A stretch of DNA of 64,000 nt from Callorhinchus milii. Taxonomy: Eukaryota. The stretch spans positions 134,232,001 to 134,296,000 of the forward strand of contig NW_024704742.1 of assembly GCF_018977255.1 (NCBI RefSeq). Reading direction: 5' to 3'. Positions 1 to 12,332 of this stretch are shown piece after piece. Within the stretch, counting starts at the first letter, position 1. Each line of letters starts with the position of its first letter. The notes beneath the pieces are model-generated. The model worked only from the letters and a program-made list of their open reading frames with translations, had not been told where the DNA came from and ran no database searches. Both the position numbers and the translations under genes were made by a program.

Positions 1-710
1 ATAATTGGTCAATCCCTCAATGACCTTGCTCTGCACAAATTGCATGTTGTGTTTACCTACAAAGGAGTAAATGCATTTGACATTACCTTTAAAGTACTTT
101 TGAGACATTTAGATGTCACCAAAACTCTATAAAATGCAAATTCTTTCTTAATGATATAATCAACTCCTGAACTCAATGTCATTTTGTTTCAATTCATACA
201 CGAGGGTAGTCGAGAGCTGCTGAACAATCCTGCATGTATATACAGGAGCAATTCTTATGTTAATTGTTATGTTCTTATTAGTTTGTGACATGACATGTCA
301 AGCGAATGACAGGATGGTGGAAGACAAACTGGCTGAGCTTTGGTTTTCTTTCGTCTAGCAAATTCTTATGTTCAATTCACAAACATCTCAATTTACACCA
401 ATTAATGGAATCAAGGTTACCCGAACAGAATGCACATGGGACAAGAGATGACACCCTAAGATTCGACAGGGTTATAGTAGGTATGAAATAGTATGCATGT
501 GAGGAGAGCTTGGCTAAATTAAACCATTTCCCACTGGAGCAGAGAAGATTGTGAAGGATACAATCAAAGTCAGCACGAAGTCAGGACCCCATCCGCTCGG
601 GTCTAAATCCCTGATTGTCCAGCGCTTGGGAAATCCTCCCACAGTAGAAGGTGCTACATAAATGTATTGTACTGTAGACAGTGGCAGACTGGCTCTCTGA
701 AAGTGCTCAC

Positions 711-761
711 CCTTGTTCTCATTTATTGTATAATTAGCATACTGTCATCCGCCAAGCGGGT
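711..761 (-). other. Candidate exon, possibly ending in a start ATG AGA ACA AGG
   Basis: ttctctattgtag acceptor and AGG|gtgagc donor. 51 nt. Confidence 0.35.
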
Positions 762-1497
762 CTACAATAGAGAAGGTGCAAGAAAACATTCCATCTTCTG
801 TGTTATAAAGATAATTTATGCAGTTCACATACAGCTTATAATGTCAAAGTGCCTAAAAGTGCTTCTTGGGAATTGCTCTAAGTGCAGTGACTATTTGTGA
901 ACAAAATCTATTACTACACATTTATCAATAATGCCACTTTTATATTGAAGCTCCTGAGTCCCAAAGTGTGCTACAATGGAGCCATTGCTCATTGTTCTCT
1001 GAACCGCATTTAGGTCACAAGTACTCTCCTTTTTGTGACAACCAAAACTATATGTAGCTTTCCAGATTCAGTCTGACCAAGGCATTCATATAGATTGAGC
1101 ACCACTTCTGGAGCTCAAGCTAAAGTTTCGGCAATATAATAATAATCCTTACATTTGGCATAGCGCTTTTCATGTCGGGAGGACATCCTCTACAGGATAT
1201 ACTGTAAAGTGCAGTGACTGTAATTGTGGGCGAACATGGCAACCAATTTGCACAAAGCAATATCCCACAAACCGCTTTGAAATGAATATCCAATTTTATT
1301 TAGGGGATTGTTGACCCAGGACGTCAGAGAGACTCCCTGAAGAGGTAGATAGCACACACTATCGGGTTCTCTTTGTAAAATCATCTCCTTTAATTCCAGT
1401 TCTCCCTCCCCTCCCAACTGTGTGTCACACTGAACTACTTTGCGCTGTGTCTGCCAATCTACATCCATTTGTTTAAAAATGGAAACTCAAGGCTGGA

Positions 1498-1840
1498 ATA
1501 ACAACAACAAAATACATTTGAATTGCACTTTTCATGTCAGGAGACATCCCAAGGTCCTGGACAGTCAAGGATTTGTACCCGAGGTGAGGGTTGGGATAAG
1601 AAAGGGTGGAGGGCATGGAGGGTGGGGGTAGGAGGGTGACCGATAGTATAGTTGAAGAGGAAGGTCTTGGGACTGGCCTGGCAGGAGGCAAGGGAGGGGG
1701 CAAGGCGAAAGGACTGTGGGATGGATTCCCAAAGGTTGGGGCAGAAAGGCTGAAGGCCCAACTGCCGATGGTGAGCCGGGCAAGACTGGGGACATGAGGC
1801 AAGCCGGATTCTGCTGGGCGGAGGGAGCAGACAGGTCAGT
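1498..1840 (-). mobile_element. L2-clade LINE 3' fragment
   Basis: (TTG)n tail and 3'UTR shared with the other L2 copies. Confidence 0.75.
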
Positions 1841-2251
1841 ATGGTCAGCCGAAGTGAGACGTCTCTGCAACCAATTCCCCAGGTACATATCCCAGGTGTC
1901 GGGTTATATATATATTGCCCCAGCCCACACTCGTTTTCTGCAAGAGTATTTATTTAACCACAAAGTACATCAATTTATGTTTAAAAAGCCATCCAGTGAA
2001 GTGCTATGAGACTTAATTCCGATAAGAAAGAACAATACCAAATACGCCTGGATTATATTTCCCCTTTAAGGTTCACGGTGGCCGGACAGCGTTACGAGCT
2101 GCAGAGGATCCTGGGCTGTCCTTGGGCAGTGTCTTTGTGTCGACATGGCAGGACCCCGTTTAAGCTGTCCTCACAGACTGCCGGAGTAAGGAAAATCAAA
2201 TCATGTGATTTCCACTTTGCCAATTAAATTCAGAATCATAGACAATGTGTT

Positions 2252-2950
2252 CTGCCCTGTGGTCACATCCACTGCCCTGTGGTCACATCCACTGCCCATC
2301 CACTGCCCTGCGGTCACATCCACTGCCCTGTGGTCACATCCACTGCCCTGCGGTCACATCCACTGCCTTGCGGTCACATCCACTGCCCTGCGGTCACATC
2401 CACTGCCCTGCAGTCACATCCACTGCCCTGCAGTCACATCCACTGCCCTGTGGTCACATCCACTGCCCATCCACTGCCCTGCGGTCACATCCACTGCCCT
2501 GTGGTCACATCCACTGCCCATCCACTGCCCTGCGGTCACATCCACTGCCCTGTGGTCACATCCACTGCCCATCCACTACCCTGCGGTCACATCCACTGCC
2601 CTGTGGTCACATCCACTGCCCATCCACTGCCCTGCGGTCACATCCACTGCCCTGTGGTCACATCCACTGCCCATCCACTGCCCTGCGGTCACATCCACTG
2701 CCCATCCACTGCCCTGCGGTCACATCCACTGCCCTGTGGTCACATCCACTGCCCATCCACTGCCCTGTGGTCACATCCACTGCCCTGCGGTCACATCCAC
2801 TGCCTTGCGGTCACATCCACTGCCCTGCGGTCACATCCACTGCCCTGCAGTCACATCCACTGCCCTGCAGTCACATCCACTGCCCTGTGGTCACATCCAC
2901 TGCCCTGTGGTCACATCCACTGCCCTGTGGTCACCTCCACTGCCCTGTGG
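2252..2950. repeat. Minisatellite, 20-bp unit TGCCCTG(T/C)GGTCACATCCAC with interspersed 11-bp TGCCCATCCAC
   Basis: Directly visible tandem array of roughly 30 units. Confidence 0.98.
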
Positions 2951-4114
2951 ATTACAGAAGCAACCTTTAAGCTACAGTCCTAACGTACTTCTAACATTCA
3001 CTTCTGAGACTCCACTACCAAAGTTTGTTCAGCCCTGCAGTGATGTTTCACTCCTGGCGGCTGAAAAATGCAATCAGCTCTAATCTCATCATTAAGAAGT
3101 GAGCAATGCTTCATTTGCTTAAAAAATTTCAATTTCAATCAGAAATTAGCCTCAGACAGAACTCACTGGCAGGAGTTATGACTACCCTGCTTTGGAGGGG
3201 GAGGTAAGCAGAGTCTCCTTGGAGCTGAACTAAGTTGACATGCCTGGCAAAGGAATGTTGGAATTCAGCCAGTCCTGTGTGGCGGTCTCCATAGTCCAGT
3301 CTCTGAGCCAGGCGGGTACAGAGAATTCCAGCGTACTGCTGAGGACAGCGCAGTCAGCCTGGCAGACCAGTCACTGGGGGCAGGGAGTCATGCACTCAGC
3401 TCCTGTTAACCATGCAAGCCAAAGCCCTAGGGTGGTTCTAAATGGACAAGCAGCAGGAAAGCTTACTAAACACCAATATCAAAGGCAAGCTATGCGAATT
3501 TAGCTGGTTAACGCTAGAAGTACCCCAAAATATACTCTGATGCCCATAAGCCTTGGCTCTTGCCACCCTGTGTCTATTACTTTCGGGAATTAGGTAAGTA
3601 GGATGCATCCCTCCAGGGAGAGAGTGCGCATACCATTCTAATAATCTATCTCTGCGATTTCCATGTGTAAATAATAATAATCCTTGCATTTGATATAGCG
3701 CTTTTCACGTCTTCTAGATGTCTCAAACAGCTTCACAGAATAGACTGCAAAGTGAATTGTCTGTATATTTGTGGGCAAAATGCAGCAGCCAATTGCGCAA
3801 AACAGTATCCCACAAACAGCCATGGTTTGAATTTATTATTGTTTTATTTTCTTGTGGGATTATTATCAGGCGTGTAAGGAAACTTACCCAAGGTTTCACC
3901 GTTTCACCCTGCTGGGAATCGAATCCAGGTCTCTCGCTTGCAAAGCAAGTACACTAACCACTGAGCTACAGGACGACTCCATATGGGATGGGATGAATGG
4001 AAATCTCAGTTTGATTACAGCAAAAAGCATCAATGTATTTAAGAGGAAACTTGATGCATACAAATAAGAGAAGGGAATAAAGGGGAATCGAAGAGAGGTA
4101 GGAAAGTTTTAAAT

Positions 4115-4782
4115 ACAACAACAACAACAACAAGATTCCATTTATAAAGCGCCTTTCACGTCAGGAGGACGTCCCAAGGCGCTGCACAGTTGGGTCAGGA
4201 CCCGAGCAGGGGGGAAATGGTCAGGGTGAGGGAAGGGAGGGAGCAAGGAGGGGGAAATGGTCAGGGTGAGGGGAGGGAAGGGAGGGAGCGAGGAGGGGGA
4301 AGAGAGTCGAGAGGGGAGCTGAAGGCACGGTCAAAGAGAAAGGTTTTGAGACCGGCCTTGAAGGAGGAAAGGGAGGAAGCAAGGCGAAGGCACTGGGGGA
4401 TAGAGTTCCAGAGCCTGGGGGCTGAGAGGCTGAAGGCCCGACCACCGATGGTAGGGCGGTTGGGGCGGGGGACGTGGAGCAGACCGGAGCCAGAGGAACG
4501 GAGGGTACGGGCAGGCAGGTAGGGGGATAGTAGGTTGGAGAGGTAGGAGGGAGCGAGGCCGTGAATGGCCTTGTAGGTGAGGATGAGGATCTTGAAATCA
4601 ATCCTCTGGGGGATGGGGAGCCAGTGGAGGCGAGCGAGGGTGGGAGTGATGTGGTCGCGAAGCCTGGTGCGGGACAGTACACGAGCTGCAGAGTTCTGAA
4701 TGACCTGCAGCTTGTGGAGGGAGGTGGCGGGAAGGCCGGCGAGGAGAGAGTTCCCATAGTCCAGCCTTGAGGTGACAAAGGC
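4115..4782 (-). mobile_element. Young L2-clade LINE, 5'-truncated
   Basis: Near-identical to the copies at 13.6, 20.6 and 33.4 kb, whose ORF2 end reads LHWLPIPQRIEFKILILTYKA. (TTG)n tail. Confidence 0.9.
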
Positions 4783-6265
4783 ACCTCAAATAGGTTTCTC
4801 ATCTTAAACTTATTGCTATCTAACCGCTGTTTTACTTCCTCAGTAATGTCTATGTTTACAATGCATGTGAACCACCCAAATTCATTTGCCTCCTTGAACA
4901 ATTAACAAGTAAACAGTCCAAACTTTTCAAGAATGGTACATCGCTGATTTCAGAACACTATTCTACAATCTAGCACCTCATTAAGAGTGTGCGATATTCA
5001 AAAGTAAATAGCTTTTCACTCCTGATCTATTACATCATAAAATTGCTTCCCCATCAGTCTAGCTTATTTAAACAGCAATACCAGCAAATAATATCTGGGA
5101 GAGGGAAAGGCATTATACAAGCACAAAATGTTCTTCTATTCTCTTCCTCCAGAGATTACCACACTAAATTTCATGCTCTACTTTCATTGTTGGTGTTAAA
5201 TTTCCAACCAATCATTAAAAGAGAAGGCAGGGTGAGAAAGAGAGAAAGGCACTTTCGGAATCATTTCCGGGGGGTAGGGGGTATCAGTCAGCAAGAGTAG
5301 ATTGGAGGGAGTGATGAACAAGCATTAGGCCAGAATTGGATGAGCAATGGGCATGGGCAACAGAATAGTGGTGGAGGAAAATGGCATGATGGCAAAATTG
5401 TGAAGTAATTTGATCTTAATGTCTATCTAATGGAGTACTGAGAGCTAGTGGAGCCTAGTGTGGGAGAATACAGGATTAGAACTTTGGATGGATTTAACAC
5501 TGAAGGATACTTAAGAGAGGTCATGGAGGAAAATGTTAGAGAAATACAGTATAATCACAGAATGAGAGCTTCAGCTAACGAGGAAGATGAGAGGGATAGA
5601 AGCAAGTAATGGATGGAGATGGATGAAAGTTGTTTTGCTCAAGGACTAGATTGTTTACCTAGCAGTAAGTAGGAACCCCGTTGTTAGTCGCTTGCCGGAT
5701 CGCTTTTCTGGGGATAATAATCCCTTCAAAAAATAATAATTTGGTGACTCAATCCACGACTGTTTGTGGGACATTGCTGTGTGCAACTAGCTGCCGCGGT
5801 TCACCCACAAAATATAGTCAATTCACTCTACATTATGTTCTGTGAGGCACTTTAAGATGTCTCGAAGACCTGATAATGCGCTATAACAAATGCAAGGATT
5901 ATTGTTATTATGGTTTGAACAGAGCTGGATTAATAGAAAAACCTGAAATACTGGCAAAACAGTGTCTTTTAAGATCACAAAAGACTAAATTTAAGTTGAT
6001 GATTTGAAAGCATTCAAATACTGAAGTACAAGAAATAAGAGGACAGTACAGTATAGCATTGACAAAATCTCCTTGCAATTTCCATATCCTTACGTGGAAT
6101 GCATCTTAAATTTTTCTGAAAAACATTCAAGCTGTAATTTTTTGTACTGATTGACAGGTAATGTCATTGAGAACTACCGAGTTAAATACTCACAAGCTTC
6201 TTGCATAAAGTAATCATTGCGACCACACAAGACCTCCTTCACAACATCTGACCACGCAGACTTAC

Positions 6266-6335
6266 ATGAGCATTCTCAACATTGCAATGTTTCTCTCGCC
6301 AAGAATAAAAGACATTCACAGTGATTTTCCATAAT
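6266..6335 (-). other. Candidate exon
   Basis: ctttccag acceptor and CAT|gtaagt donor in unique sequence. 70 nt. Confidence 0.3.
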
Positions 6336-6468
6336 CTGGAAAGCTGAATTTAAGAGAGTACGCAACACAAGAACATTTCTATTTAGTAGTCTTTCCAGTT
6401 CGGTTTACAGAGAAGGCTTCTATACATTTCTTAGAATAGCATTCGATCATTTGTTAAAAAGCAAGTAC

Positions 6469-6592
6469 CTGTCCAGAATTTTCCTCTTCTAAAGAGCTGC
6501 TCCATAGAGCCTGGCTGCCTCACGTGTCAAGGACTAGGCAGGAAGTGGATACAAACCACTGACCATCAGCCACACGATCCATGAGGATGACT
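6469..6592 (-). other. Candidate non-coding or 5'UTR exon
   Basis: tttttccag acceptor and CAG|gtact donor in unique sequence. Stops in all three frames. Confidence 0.3.
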
Positions 6593-8198
6593 CTGGAAAA
6601 ATTGAATAGTGGGTTAAGTTGCGGGACTGAAATACAAGTTGCAGCTGTTGCTAACGATAATATTTAATTACAATGTCCAAATATGGTAAGAATTCTTGCA
6701 TTTTATTCACCACCTGTGATGTCAGAATGTCAAAGTGCTATACAGATGTTATTACTGTATGTTTATAAGTAAATGCAGTAGTTATTTTGTATGCAGCAAG
6801 GTCCCGCAAGATAGTAAAAATCCTTACATTTGATATAGCCTTTCACGTCGGGAAGTGCTTCAAAAGATTTACCGTAGTGTCATGACTGTGTAGTTTGTAG
6901 ACAAACACATCAGCCAATTTTCTCACAAACACCTTTGAAGTGAGGGACCAATTTTATCTTGTGGATGATTCGCCTGGACACCGGGAGAAATTCCCTTCTG
7001 TACAAATAATGCCATGGGATATTTAAAGTCCACCTGAACAGACGGGATCTCGATTTAACATCCCAAATGATGCCACCTCCAACAATGCAATTTTCCCTCA
7101 GCTCTGGATTGAGTTTCACTTCACACTGGATCGTGCTTATGGTCACCTCCCCACTCCCTCACCGCCTGGCTCGGGGTCAGACTCCACCACTGTTAAGCAC
7201 TCCGGATCGCTACACAGCGTGAAGGGCGCCATGTGAAACGCAAGTTGTTGTTCAAAGAATCACACAGCACAGAAGGAGGCCATTCGGCCCATCGTGTCTG
7301 TGCCGGCTCTTTGAAAACAGGTATCCAAATCAATCCCACTCTCCTGCTCTCTCCCCATAGTCCTGCAAACTTGTCCTCCCCAAATAATTATCTATTTTTC
7401 TCTTAAAAGTTGTTATCGAACCGGCTTCCATCACCCTTTTTGTTGTTGAGTTCAAAGTCTTAAAATGGGGCTCGAATCCACAATCTTTGACCCAGAGGTG
7501 AGATTGCTCCAACTGAGCCAAGTTAACGCCTGATAAGCATTTTTCCAATCTCCCGAAGCAAAAATGCTGGAGTCAGCAAGGTAACCGGAGCCTTGTGCTA
7601 TGTGCAGCACCTATTATTCTCACACAAAGTCCAGAAATATCATTGAATACTGCAAAAAATCCACAAGAAAGAGGAGGTTTACCACTGCAAAAAAATGACT
7701 TTGAAAATTGTGCAGGCATTACCTTGCACCTGCATGTTTCTGTCTGCGTAGCTGTGAATTCTGTCACATTGTTAACAGGACAAATGCCATCTTACGCCAG
7801 AGCTATTTCAAGCACTTCAGCCTCCGCCGAAAAGAAGGCAATCGAATTGTAAATAATTTTTACTGAATGCTCAACTCCCACTCGACAAACTGTTTTCTCT
7901 TTTAACAGTAATATTAAAATATATCAAAATTAAACAATTGGCAAACACAAGAAAAATGTGCTTTTAGCATTTCTAGCATTATTTAGTACTTCATAATTAA
8001 ATATTGTCAGGTGTAATATCTGTTTTTATAAGCAAATGAGGCAGTCAACTTGCATCAGTAAGATCCCACAAACAGCTGAGGCGAATGACCAAGTAATCTG
8101 AAAGATTTTTAGGAAGCAGAGAGAAATTGCCTGCCCCCTTCAAATATTGTCACGGGAACCTTAACATTCACTTCAAAAAGCAAACTGAATCTTGGTTA

Positions 8199-8542
8199 TA
8201 ATAATAATCCTTGCATTTGCCTTATCACATCTTTGAGACATCTCAAAGCGCTTCACAGAATAGGCTATAAAGCAAATTGACTATATTTTCTGGGCGAAAC
8301 GCATCTGCTAATTGCACACAGCAGTGTCCCACAAACAGTCGTGGATTGAGTGACCAATTCTTTTTAAAAGGAATTATTACCCCTGGAAAAGCAATGAGCC
8401 AATCAACTAACAACCAGGTTCCTACTTACTGCTAGGTAAAGGGGCGTGTGGAGTAAGGAAACTTGCCCAACGTTTCGCCCTGCTGGGAATCGAACTCAGG
8501 TCTCTCGCTTGAGGTGAGTGCTCTAACCACTGAGCTACAGGA
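8199..8542 (-). mobile_element. Family A SINE, longer subfamily. Similar copies at about 3675-3980, 5650-5910, 17608-17978, 18270-18555, 21390-21740, 26400-27000, 43545-44080, 53230-53580, 55497-55800, 56000-56310, 58268-58548 and 59835-60170
   Basis: Same head and core plus the internal segment tttacctagcagtaagtaggaaccc. Confidence 0.85.
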
Positions 8543-9459
8543 TAGACTGGCGTCTCATCTGAAAGATAGCACCTCCAACAAAGCAGGAATGGATGCAGAA
8601 AACCCTTTTGGCCCATTTGAACTCATCCTTCCAGAATACTCACCATATCCTCCTTCCAAGTGCTGCCGAGGATTAGCAATTTACATTAATTCAGTACTAG
8701 CTGTACCCATTGCAGCTACGTTTGCTACCAAAGGATCCAATATGGAAGGTATATTGACACACAGACAGACATTTCATGTTTATCTATACTCATCTGGAAG
8801 GACTCCTCTGGGAGGACTCCTGTGGGAGGACTCAGTGGGAGGACTCAGCACTTTAAAAATTTAATTTTGCTGTTGCCGTGGCTTAGCTTTGTCTGTGTTC
8901 TTTATTTTGTTCCCGTCTCTTGGCTACGTGCGTGCTCTGTGATGCAGGACGCCAGAGTGCCACAGTCAGCCAGCCCGGCCACCAGGTGTATCTGCAGTGC
9001 GTGCGTACATACATAGGTGCTCTGTGACGCACAATGCCACAGCACCACTTTGACTCGGCGGCAACCAGGTGTAACTGCAGCAAAAAACGCAAAACCCAAA
9101 ATAACTAATGAACGATGGGAGATACCGGAAAGCAAGTATGCCCATGTCACTCCCAGACACAAGACTTTTCTGATGAGGTACAAATTATGTCTCTATGTTA
9201 TTGATTATTGAAATCCTTCTTGAAGCGCAGACAGAAATTGTCGTTTTATTAGTATATATAAAGATAGAGGTTAGATAGATAGATAGAAGATTTAAGATTT
9301 ACTAGTATAGAGAAGATAGAGCCATTCAGGTTGAAAGTTAGCCAAGCAGAGGTAGCAAGCAGAGTGGCGTAGTAAACCATACAGATAGGGAGGTGCTGAG
9401 GCAAGAAGGGTGTATGTGAGGGTGAGAATCTTAAAGTCAATCCATTGGGAGATAGGGAC

Positions 9460-9560
9460 GAAGGGTCTGACGAAGAGTCGTAGACCCGAAATTCACTTTC
9501 CTTTCTCCATAGATGCTGCCTGACCTGCTGAGTGATCCCAGCAACTTCTGTTTTTCTTTC
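9460..9560 (+). mobile_element. Half copy of the Penelope-like element with a hammerhead core (further fragment at about 48505-48600)
   Basis: CTGACGA-agagtc-gta-gaccc-GAAA followed by agatgctgcctgacctgctgag, shared with 63800-63850. Confidence 0.65.
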
Positions 9561-11959
9561 ATAATTAGCAATCGTTTAATTATCATTAATACCCTATTTT
9601 TAGATCTTTGAGGAATTTTATTTACATTGAAGAAATATTTGTAAAAAATTGCTCACACATTCCTTCCTTCCCAGAAGTTTTTAATATTCTGGACTGTTCT
9701 GTAGGAGCCTGTTATGTATTACTCGATTAACTCAACTGCCCAGTTTGAAGGCACAGTGTAATTTGTAACCATCTCTAAGTGAATAATGAATCTTCATGAA
9801 CAAACAAGCACTGGTAAGATCATAACTTGGCATTTGTGTTGGGCACATCTCCAATCCCATTTTATGGTACAATTAGTTTTATTACATGTATTGCCAAAGC
9901 CATTTTATTAATAATGCGTTTGGTACAGTGCCTATAACATTAAACCATCTCACAGTGCTTGCTGGGTAATCACTGGCAAGCACAGCAAAATCCCATAATC
10001 AACGATGAAGTGAATGACCAATTTATCTGGAGGTTTGTTGGCATCATCTTTTTGTTCCATATAATGTCCACCTGCACAGGCAGACAAGACCTTGGCTTAA
10101 TATTTCCTACATAGGAAGTCACCTACGACATGCAGCGCACCAGTATTAAACTTGTGTCAGTGTGGATAATAAGTTCATATCCCAAAGTGGGGTCTGAACC
10201 AATAACCTCTGTGGACGAAGCAGAACCCATCAATGTATTTAAGAAGAAACTTGATGCATGGATTAGGGAGAAGTGAATAGAGGTGTATAGGAGGTAAACA
10301 GAGAGGAAGGGAGAGAAGAGAGAGGAGTTGAACCCTCAGCTGATCTATTCAAGAGCTTTAACAGCTTGAACAGTTCAGACAATATTTTTCTATTTAGAGA
10401 AACTTTCACTCCCGTACGTTGGACTTTCCATTTCCATTGATCAGGCAAGTGTCCGATACATGTGGAAACCCATCACCATGCTTAAGACATGCATGTTCAT
10501 GTGTCTGGAATGGAATGTGCACTCTCTCCCTGTTTACATAATTCCAGAGAGTATTTGGCACAGGTTGGTGAGAGTCAAGGCTTGGAGACCCAAGAGTGTT
10601 TGTTGGAGTAAATGCTGGAGCTTAATGAACTCAAACCACATAGCATGTCATTCAAAGCAATGTCTGGCAAACTTCCCGTTACTTGTCCAACTAGCTGCTT
10701 TACAGTAATTCCCCTGTGACGACCTTTGACAAGATAGTCTGATGTTAGGATTTGGGATTACGTTTTGCTCACAAAATACAGTCAATCCACTCTACAATAT
10801 ATTCAGTGAAGCGTTTTGAGATGTCTCAATGAACTGATAAGGCTCTATATCAAATGCAAGGATTATTATTGTTGTTGGAGGGTTAACGGAAGCAGAGTTG
10901 GAGGATTGCCTGCTCTTAATGGCTGATCTATAACCCTTCAAGTCCTGCTAACAAGCCAGGCTGGCTGGTCTGTTATCAGCAATGCACCAGCTCAGCTCCA
11001 ACACCCAACTTACTTCCCCCACCCGATGACCCCTTTAAATTGCAATATAAATTTTTAAGCACTCCAAGATGCTACTCCACATAAAGGGCGTTATATAAAT
11101 GCAAGTTCTTGTTGACTTACTTTGAAGCAGGCTGGGGTATGCTATACTAGTATGATATGAATACACTATCCAATGGAATTCAAATTCCTTGCATCCTTTA
11201 TGTTAGCCAAGGAATAAACTGGCAGCCTTGAGGCAATTTAATACAAAGTATTACGCAGAGGTGTACTATATTGTTTTAAAAATATAATGTGGATTATTAT
11301 ATTTTAGCTCAGTACACAGGAAACCTCAAAGTTAGATGTAACAGTTAGAGCATGGGGGTGGCAGACAAATCTCAAAAGTGATATTAAAAAATAAACATTA
11401 AAACAATATGTGATTTGTGAATAACTCTACAATTTGATGACCAAGAAGGCAAATTCAAGCGTTTGGACTTGAATGCATTTTACAGCATGGAATTGCCATG
11501 CTTCCCCTGTCAACATGCAGTGAGATATCAGGCGTGTTGTTGACAACAGTGAACAGACAGTGGTCTGGGTATTTTGATCAGTGGAACCTGGTTACATTAT
11601 TATTTTCCCTGTGACTCAATCTGTGTGCGTGTGTGTGTATATATTTACGCGTTGCATTAAGTGGAGCTCCTCTGATCATTCAGCAGCCAGGGAAAAGGGA
11701 GTCAGGGACAGAGGAAAGACATTTTATAAATAACTCTTGCAATTTGATACAGCACCTATAACAGAATATCTCAACAAAGCTCTTCACAGGGGAATTACTG
11801 TCAAGTATAGTGACTGTGCAATTGCAAGCAAACTTGGCTCCCTCAAAAAGCAGCGAAAAGTTTCTTTTGTGAAAAAACGGTTTCAGGCATAGAATTGTGG
11901 GCTGAGGTAACAATTTTTTTCCCCCAGATACTTTGGTGCCTACCTGCCTTCTCTCTCTC

Positions 11960-12332
11960 GTTGGACTTGCTCCTCCCTACCTCTGCGACCTCCTAACCCC
12001 CTACCATCCTGCTCGTTCCCCCTGCTTGGCAGGCTCCGGCCTGCTTGACATCCCCCGCCTCGTTCACCCCACTATTGGCGGCGGCCCTTCTGCCACTCTG
12101 CCCCCACCTTCTGGCACTCCATCCCGCAGTCCCTCCGCCTCGCTCCCCTCCCTTGCCTCCTTCAAGACCCATCTCAACCCTCCTTTTCGACCATGCTTTC
12201 GACCTTCCTGCTTACCCCTCCATCCTCCCCGACTCGGACCCCCAACTCGGGTCCGAAACTCTGTCTGTCCAGCGCCTTGGGACGTCCTCCCGATGTGAAA
12301 AGCGCTATATTGTAATTTTGTTGTTGTTGTTG
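11960..12332 (+). mobile_element. L2-clade LINE 3' fragment
   Basis: GLAPPYLCDLLTPYHPARS, 3'UTR cagcgccttgggacgtcctcccgatgtgaaaagcgc, (TTG)n tail. Confidence 0.85.

Noticed and set aside
2252..2950. CRISPR-like array
   Set aside because: The units are directly adjacent with no unique spacers, and the context is eukaryotic.
2205..3083. Long ORFs of 234-292 aa in three frames, rich in His/Cys/Pro
   Set aside because: They are translations of a stop-free minisatellite, with no splice or homology support.
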